Source: an uncultured Sphingobacterium sp. (GTDB lineage Bacteria; Bacteroidota; Bacteroidia; Sphingobacteriales; Sphingobacteriaceae). From it: 32,656 bases of DNA. The translations under genes were made by a program, and so were the position numbers. Of the stretch, positions 18,923-24,751 are shown piece by piece. The notes under the pieces were generated by a model, which was given only the letters and a program-made list of their open reading frames with translations, was not told where the DNA came from and did not search any database. How positions within the stretch are numbered: the stretch's first letter is position 1; every line of letters begins with the position of its first letter. The DNA is taken from assembly GCA_964645385.1 (NCBI GenBank), contig CAZYBY010000103.1:1-32656 (forward strand), in the 5' to 3' direction.

Positions 18923-20905
18923 ATGAATTACTTAAACACTCGCAACCATTCCAAAGAGACACTCCTCCATTTATATCACAACCTGGTAAAGCCTCGTATG
19001 ATAGAGGAGAAAATGTTGATTTTACTTCGTCAGGGAAAAATTGGGAAATGGTTTTCAGGAATTGGACAAGAGGCTATTTCGGTAGGTACAGCATTGGCTA
19101 TGCATACCGACGAATATATTTTACCAATGCACAGAAATTTAGGGGTATTTACATCACGTGAAGTTCCATTGGCAAGATTACTGGCACAATTCCAAGGAAA
19201 AATGTCGGGCTTTACAAAAGGACGTGATCGCTCCTTCCACTTCGGAACACAAGAATATAAGATTGTTGGGATGATTTCACATTTAGGCCCGCAGCTTTCT
19301 TTAGCAGATGGAATTGCATTGGCTCATAAATTAAAGAATGAAGAGAAAGCTACGCTCGTTTTTACAGGTGATGGTGCCACTAGTCAAGGTGATTTTCACG
19401 AAGCGCTAAACACTGCTGCAGTATGGAACTTACCAGTGATTTTCATTATCGAAAATAATGGATACGGATTATCTACTCCAGTTTCGGAGCAATATAAATG
19501 TGAGCGATTAGCTGACCGAGGTATAGGCTACGGAATGGAGTCGAAACAAATAGATGGAAATAATATTCTAGAGGTTTATGATACGATGCTTCATTACTCT
19601 GAAGACATCAGAAAAAATCCTCGTCCGATTTTAATTGAATGCATGACTTTCCGTATGCGTGGTCACGAGGAAGCATCGGGCACGAAATACGTACCTAAAG
19701 AATTATTCGAAATTTGGGGACAAAAAGACCCTGTAGAAAATTTCGAAAATCATTTAGTAGAACAAGGTGTTATTGATGAAGAGTATGGAACTTCTTATCG
19801 ATTTAAATTGAAAAAAGAAATTGATGAAGCTATAGAAATTGCATTCGGTGAAGATGATATTATTCCGAATACAGAAGAGGAGCTCAATGATATGTACGCA
19901 CCTTATGAGTACAAAGAAATATTTCCATCAACACAAAATAAAACAGAGAAAAGATATTTAGATGCGATAAGCGACGCATTACGACAAGGAATGCAACGGC
20001 ACCAAAATTTTGTGCTCATGGGGCAAGATATTGCAGAGTACGGAGGAGCATTTAAAATTACACAAGGTTTTGTAGAAGAGTTCGGGAAAGAAAGAGTGCG
20101 TAACACACCATTATGCGAATCGGCAATTGTTGGCGCAGCCTTAGGATTATCCATCAATGGTTATAAAGGAATGATGGAAATGCAATTTGCAGATTTCGTT
20201 ACAGAAGGCTTTAATCAGATTATAAACAATCTAGCAAAAACTCATTACCGTTGGGGGCAAAACGCCGATGTTATTGTTCGTATGCCAACGGGCGCAGGTA
20301 CTGGCGCAGGGCCATTTCATTCGCAAAGTAATGAAGCTTGGTTTACTAAAACTCCAGGATTAAAAGTAGTATATCCAGCATTCCCATCGGATGCAAAAGG
20401 ATTGTTAGCCGCAGCTATTGAAGATCCAAATCCGGTAATGTATTTCGAACATAAATTTTTATACCGAGGTATTTCAGAAGAAATTTTCGACGATTACTAT
20501 ACTACAGAAATTGGCAAAGCAAAAATATTAAAAGAAGGAACACAGGTTAGTATCATCACCTACGGTTTAGGTGTGCATTGGGCCTTAGAATATGCAAACG
20601 AACATCCTGAATTATCCTTAGAAATTATCGACCTAAGAACATTACAACCTTGGGATAAAGATGCTGTTGAAGCAAGCGTTCGCAAAACAGGCAGAGCATT
20701 TATTTTGCATGAAGATACATTAACAAATGGATTCGGCGCAGAACTTTCTGCACATATTGCAGAACATTGTTTCCAATACCTCGACGCCCCAGTTGTAAGA
20801 TGCGCAAGCTTAGATACTGCCATTCCGATGAGCAAAGAATTAGAAGATAATTTCCTAGCTAAATCAAGGTTAGCAGAAAAGTTACAACCGCTGTTGAACT
20901 ATTAA
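18923..20905 (+). CDS. Fused 2-oxoacid (branched-chain alpha-keto acid) dehydrogenase E1 component, alpha plus beta subunits
   Basis: ThDP-binding motif GDGATSQGDFHEALNTAAVWNLPVIFIIENNGYG in the N-terminal half. Transketolase-like pyrimidine-binding and C-terminal domains in the second half (RNTPLCESAIVG, IDLRTLQPWD). 660 aa. Confidence 0.88.
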   Translation: MNYLNTRNHSKETLLHLYHNLVKPRMIEEKMLILLRQGKIGKWFSGIGQEAISVGTALAMHTDEYILPMHRNLGVFTSREVPLARLLAQFQGKMSGFTKGRDRSFHFGTQEYKIVGMISHLGPQLSLADGIALAHKLKNEEKATLVFTGDGATSQGDFHEALNTAAVWNLPVIFIIENNGYGLSTPVSEQYKCERLADRGIGYGMESKQIDGNNILEVYDTMLHYSEDIRKNPRPILIECMTFRMRGHEEASGTKYVPKELFEIWGQKDPVENFENHLVEQGVIDEEYGTSYRFKLKKEIDEAIEIAFGEDDIIPNTEEELNDMYAPYEYKEIFPSTQNKTEKRYLDAISDALRQGMQRHQNFVLMGQDIAEYGGAFKITQGFVEEFGKERVRNTPLCESAIVGAALGLSINGYKGMMEMQFADFVTEGFNQIINNLAKTHYRWGQNADVIVRMPTGAGTGAGPFHSQSNEAWFTKTPGLKVVYPAFPSDAKGLLAAAIEDPNPVMYFEHKFLYRGISEEIFDDYYTTEIGKAKILKEGTQVSIITYGLGVHWALEYANEHPELSLEIIDLRTLQPWDKDAVEASVRKTGRAFILHEDTLTNGFGAELSAHIAEHCFQYLDAPVVRCASLDTAIPMSKELEDNFLAKSRLAEKLQPLLNY

Positions 20906-20924
20906 CTATTAAAATTGTAGTAAG

Positions 20925-20988
20925 TAGTGGGCAATGTGTATTGGGAAATTAATTAATTATTAAATTTCTCAATACCCATTACTCATTA
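20925..20988. repeat. Imperfect 26-nt-arm inverted repeat built from heptamer units, between the BCKDH E1 stop and the MBL-hydrolase start
   Basis: The left arm TAGTGGGCAATGTGTATTGGGAAATT (20925-20950) matches the reverse complement of the right arm AATTTCTCAATACCCATTACTCATTA (20963-20988) at 21 of 26 positions. That rises to 24 of 26 if G-U pairs are allowed in plus-strand RNA. The loop is 12 nt of A/T. Confidence 0.7.
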
Positions 20989-21003
20989 CACAATACCCAA
21001 TAT

Positions 21004-22098
21004 ATGATCAAACTCCTTTACATCCTCATCATTACAATTGCAGTACTAGTAATTGCTACCATGTTATTTATGCAACAAGCTAGCTTTGGTAAAAATCCAA
21101 GTGGCGAGCGCTTAGAAAGAATTAAGAAATCTAAAAATTACCGTGATGGTGCTTTTCAGAATATACATAATACACCAAATTTTGGAGAAGGTTATAATTT
21201 CTGGAAAATATTAAAAATGTATTTCAGCAAAGGCCCTACTTCACCAGATAAAATAATCCCTTCTAAGAAATTATATTTCGATAATAATTCTGATCATAAA
21301 ACAAAAATCACTTGGCTAGGTCATTCTACATACCTTATTCAAGTCGATGGAAAAACAATTTTAGTAGATCCTATCATTATTGGTAATATCTCACCGGTTA
21401 GTTTTTTTGGGAAGCCCTATCCTATTGAGTACCCATACACAATAGATGATCTTCCAAGTGTAGATTATGTGTTAATCACACATGATCATTACGACCATTT
21501 ATCATATAAAACAGTTATAGCTTTAAAAGATAAAGTAAAACACTTCTATACTTCTTTAGGTGTTGGTTCTCATTTAGAATATTGGGGAGTTCCTATTGAA
21601 AAAATCACAGAATTGGATTGGAACGAAAGTGCGAATATTGCAGATAGTATGGTAATTACCGCACAACCAGCTCGACATTTTTCTGGACGAGGATTTACGA
21701 GAAATCAAACACTATGGTCGTCATTTGTATTGAAATCAAATGATAAAAACATCTACTTAGGAGGTGATAGTGGTTACGATGATCACTTTAAAAAAATTGG
21801 AGAAAAATACGGACCATTTGATATTGCAATTTTAGAATGTGGGCAATATAATTCAGCTTGGGGATATATTCATATGCAACCTGAAGAAGTTGCAACTGCT
21901 GCAAAGGAATTAAACACAAAAGTTCTTTTGCCAGTACATTGGGCTAAATACACCTTAGCTCTTCACCCTTGGAACGAACCTATTTTACGAGTGACTAAAG
22001 CTGCTAAAGAAAAAAACATACCAATTACAACACCAATGATTGGGGAAACAGTTGTATTGGATAGTGTGTTGCCGAATAGTACTTGGTACCTTGATTAG
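21004..22098 (+). CDS. Membrane-anchored MBL-fold metallo-hydrolase (NAPE-PLD-like subgroup)
   Basis: N-terminal TM helix, metal-binding signature ITHDHYDH and a downstream GGDSGY/HW context; 364 aa. Confidence 0.8.
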   Translation: MIKLLYILIITIAVLVIATMLFMQQASFGKNPSGERLERIKKSKNYRDGAFQNIHNTPNFGEGYNFWKILKMYFSKGPTSPDKIIPSKKLYFDNNSDHKTKITWLGHSTYLIQVDGKTILVDPIIIGNISPVSFFGKPYPIEYPYTIDDLPSVDYVLITHDHYDHLSYKTVIALKDKVKHFYTSLGVGSHLEYWGVPIEKITELDWNESANIADSMVITAQPARHFSGRGFTRNQTLWSSFVLKSNDKNIYLGGDSGYDDHFKKIGEKYGPFDIAILECGQYNSAWGYIHMQPEEVATAAKELNTKVLLPVHWAKYTLALHPWNEPILRVTKAAKEKNIPITTPMIGETVVLDSVLPNSTWYLD

Positions 22099-22190
22099 GT
22101 AACTGGTAGTTGGTATCTGGTAACTGGTATCTGGTAACTGGTAGTTGGTAACTGGTAGTTGGTAACTGGTAACTGGTAACTGGTAGTTGG
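22098..22190. repeat. Tandem heptanucleotide array, 13 units of GGTANYT plus a partial unit
   Basis: Head-to-tail units counted by hand: 7x GGTAACT, 4x GGTAGTT and 2x GGTATCT. The first G is the last base of the MBL gene's TAG stop. Confidence 0.95.
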
Positions 22191-22339
22191 TTCTCGATAG
22201 TCCCGATAGCTATAGAGATCGGGATGGTCGTTAGTAATTAGATATAAAAGCGTAGACAACGGAAATTTTACATTTCTCACTACTCAATACACACTACTCA
22301 TTACTATTTTTCTTAATTTTAAGAAAAACACCTCCAGTT

Positions 22340-23869
22340 ATGAAAAGGATACTTACCCTCGTTTCATTAATATGTATTGGATTAAACTCAATTGCTCAAA
22401 CACCAACTTGGAATTCTGGGGTAGGGCAATTAATTTATAATAGCTGTGCTAATTGTCATCATGAAGGAGGCATTGGTCCATTCAGTTTAATGAGTTATGA
22501 AGATGCAATTGCATATGCAGGATCTATAAAAACTCATACCGCAGATAGACACATGCCACCATGGAAAGCTGATCCTTCTTACACTCACTTTATAGGTGAA
22601 CGTAGATTATCAGACGATCAAGTGAAAATGATTTCAGATTGGGTAGATGGGGGCACACCATTAGGTACTGGAGTTTCACCTATTCCACCAAGTATTAACA
22701 ACGGTGCTCAAATCAACAGAATAGATCAGTCGACAAAATCTCCTAAATACACTGTGCAAAAAACGACAGACGATTACAGAACTTTCGTAATGCCGACTAC
22801 ACATACTTCTTTAAAATATATTAATGCTGTAGAATTTATTCCGAGTAATGCAGGCATTGTTCATCATATTATTTTATATCACGACCCAAGTACCTATTCA
22901 AGAAATTTAGATAGCCTTGATCCTGGTCCGGGTTATGCAAGTAATGGAACAGGAGCTGAAAGTCCAAATGCAAAGCTAATAGGTTTATGGACACCTGGAG
23001 CTGGTATATTTTACTTGCCAGATAACATGGGATATGAACTTCCTGTTGGAACCGATTTGGTGATGGAAATTCATTACGCACCAAATAGCAATGCGAAATC
23101 AGACAGTACTACCATCAATTTTAAATACACATCGACAAGCCCTGTACGTGTTGTAAAAATGGATATGCCTTTATACCATTATCCACCTATTTTACAACAA
23201 CCAGCATTGCAAATTCCTGCGAACACGATTGCTACTTTTAATCAAAGAGCAATTAGTAGTAATTCATTAGATCTATCAGTGATTGGTATTTTCCCTCACA
23301 TGCATTTGATCGGAAAATCGTATACAATATTTGCAAAGAAGGGCACAGACACTACTAATTTAATTCGTATACCTGATTGGGATTTCCACTGGCAAGGGTT
23401 TTATACATTTCAGAAGTTAATTAAGATTTCAAAACAGTCGTTAATTCTTGCAACTGGAGTGTATGACAATACTACAAACAATCCTCACAATCCAAGTAAC
23501 CCTCCAATAGATGTTTCTGCAGGAGAAAACACGAAGGATGAAATGATGGTAGCATTTATTGCTTATACAACTTATCAAGCAGGCGATGAAAATATCATAT
23601 TAGACAGTACTCTTATTTCGAGTGGAGTTGAGGAAAATCAAAAATCGAGAATTGTTGTCTATCCGAATCCCGCAGATGATTTATTAAGTATAACTTCACA
23701 ACAAGAAATTAACAATGTAAAAATTTATAATTTACAAGGACAATTAATTTCTGAATATATTTATACCAAAAATATTGACGTATCTAATATTATGGCAGGA
23801 ATGTATATTGTTGAAATTAAAACGAAATCTGGAATAAGTTTTGAAAAAATACTAATAAATAGAGATTGA
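22340..23869 (+). CDS. T9SS-exported protein: N-terminal c-type cytochrome module, PHM/DBH-like copper monooxygenase-type core, C-terminal type A sorting domain
   Basis: Signal peptide; CANCH (CxxCH) at aa 36-40 with downstream RHMPPW and DWVDGG. His/Met pattern: HH175-176, H245, H320-x-H322 and DEMM400-403. C-terminal IVVYPNPADDLLSI...YNLQGQLI...GMYIVEIKT resembles a Por_Secre_tail. Confidence 0.75.
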   Translation: MKRILTLVSLICIGLNSIAQTPTWNSGVGQLIYNSCANCHHEGGIGPFSLMSYEDAIAYAGSIKTHTADRHMPPWKADPSYTHFIGERRLSDDQVKMISDWVDGGTPLGTGVSPIPPSINNGAQINRIDQSTKSPKYTVQKTTDDYRTFVMPTTHTSLKYINAVEFIPSNAGIVHHIILYHDPSTYSRNLDSLDPGPGYASNGTGAESPNAKLIGLWTPGAGIFYLPDNMGYELPVGTDLVMEIHYAPNSNAKSDSTTINFKYTSTSPVRVVKMDMPLYHYPPILQQPALQIPANTIATFNQRAISSNSLDLSVIGIFPHMHLIGKSYTIFAKKGTDTTNLIRIPDWDFHWQGFYTFQKLIKISKQSLILATGVYDNTTNNPHNPSNPPIDVSAGENTKDEMMVAFIAYTTYQAGDENIILDSTLISSGVEENQKSRIVVYPNPADDLLSITSQQEINNVKIYNLQGQLISEYIYTKNIDVSNIMAGMYIVEIKTKSGISFEKILINRD

Positions 23870-23898
23870 GAATTGATTCATATTAACTTATACTCAAC

Positions 23899-24402
23899 CT
23901 ACTTAATAGCTGATAAATATATTTTCTTAATACTATTTTTCTCCTCTCGCTCAACTATTCCATCGAAGATCGTATATAGGTCTTTATTGAATTTTGCATT
24001 AAGCTTATATATTTCGCTTAAAGCAAGTGCTGCACTCCATCGAACAACAGTACCTTCGTGTTCAGTATTTTTTAGCAAGGCGTTAATTGCGGATTCTATT
24101 AAATCAGGAAATAAGCTAGCAGTATTTGCAATTACCTTAGCGCTCTCCCATTTTAAACGAGGTGCTTTTGCAGATAAATTTGAAATGGCAAATTCGAATA
24201 CAACTTTATTTGCTATGGACGGATTAGATTTTGTTACATATTCTATAGCTTCAATACAAGTTGCTTTAATGGGATCTTTAGAGGCATTTGCAAAGCTTAT
24301 TAATTCATCAATACTTACAGAATGATTCGAGATAAGCCCACAAAGTTGCTCTGTTTTCTCTTTGGGTTTTAATAATTTATTGCTGAATATGGATTGCATC
24401 AT
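23899..24402 (-). CDS. Small HEAT/armadillo-like repeat protein (167 aa), function unknown
   Basis: All-helical repeat-like sequence with a HEAT-type motif (EGTVVRWSAALALSEI; RLKWESAKVIAN). Preferred over the antisense 23873..24325 ORF, which starts with TTG and has a low-complexity composition. Confidence 0.55.
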   Translation of the reverse strand: MMQSIFSNKLLKPKEKTEQLCGLISNHSVSIDELISFANASKDPIKATCIEAIEYVTKSNPSIANKVVFEFAISNLSAKAPRLKWESAKVIANTASLFPDLIESAINALLKNTEHEGTVVRWSAALALSEIYKLNAKFNKDLYTIFDGIVEREEKNSIKKIYLSAIK

Positions 24403-24511
24403 ATTAGTAGAAGTATTATGTACTATGTACTATGTACTTTGTAAATAGTATAATTAAGTATAAGTAATAACAACTAACTACTAGTTACTAGTTACTAGTT
24501 ACTAGCTACTA
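24403..24511. repeat. Intergenic spacer held entirely in one 7-nt register; contains TATGTAC x3 and ACTAGTT x3
   Basis: TATGTAC at 24417-24437 (3 perfect copies). ACTAACT, ACTAGTT x3 and ACTAGCT at 24473-24507. All are in the same phase counted from 24403. Confidence 0.9.
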
Positions 24512-24706
24512 TTAACTGCTTTTTAGTTTGAGTCCTGCCTTTTTCAATTGCTCCACTACAATTGGAATTGAAGATTTCCCAAAACCATGCAATTTCAATA
24601 ACTCATGTTCTGAATATTCCGACAATTGTTCTAAAGAGGTAATTTTAGCATTCGCCAATGCTCTTCTCGCAGGAGCAACTAACATAGGAAGAAATTCAAC
24701 ATTCAT
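24512..24706 (-). CDS. Small helix-hairpin-helix DNA-binding protein resembling the RNA polymerase alpha C-terminal domain (64 aa)
   Basis: PARRALANAKITSLEQLSEYSEHELLKLHGFGKSSI matches the HhH layout (hydrophobic-G-hydrophobic-G-K). Preferred over the antisense 24528..24713 ORF. Confidence 0.6.
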   Translation of the reverse strand: MNVEFLPMLVAPARRALANAKITSLEQLSEYSEHELLKLHGFGKSSIPIVVEQLKKAGLKLKSS

Positions 24707-24709
24707 ATA

Positions 24710-24751
24710 CTAAAATCTAAATACTAAATAATAAGAACTCAATACTTACAA
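24710..24751. repeat. 7-nt-periodic tract: CTAAAAT CTAAATA CTAAATA ATAAGAA CTCAATA CTTACAA
   Basis: Six units in register fill the spacer between the protease stop (24752-24754) and the HhH gene start (24706). Confidence 0.75.

Noticed and set aside
22098-22190. Possible CRISPR array or minisatellite-encoded peptide
   Set aside because: The units are 7 nt with no spacers, far too short for CRISPR repeats, and no cas genes are present.
22201-22224. Hairpin TCCCGAT-N10-ATCGGGA after the heptamer array, considered as the terminator of the MBL gene
   Set aside because: It has a 7-bp stem with a 10-nt loop and no following T-tract on either strand. I cannot support a terminator or ncRNA call from sequence alone.
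22095-22280. 61-aa minus-strand ORF from the track (…YQLPVTNYQLPTTSYQIPVTRYQLPVT)
   Set aside because: Its repetitive peptide is simply the translation of the GGTANYT heptamer array read through three frames. It has no credible start context or protein-like N-terminus.
23873-24325. 150-aa plus-strand ORF antisense to the HEAT-like gene
   Set aside because: It starts with TTG directly after the upstream stop, and its sequence is low-complexity and hydrophobic/Ser-rich. The opposite-strand ORF has a coherent helical-repeat sequence and an ATG start.
24528-24713. 61-aa plus-strand ORF antisense to the HhH gene
   Set aside because: It is Cys/Asn-rich with no recognisable fold. The minus-strand product has a clear helix-hairpin-helix pattern.
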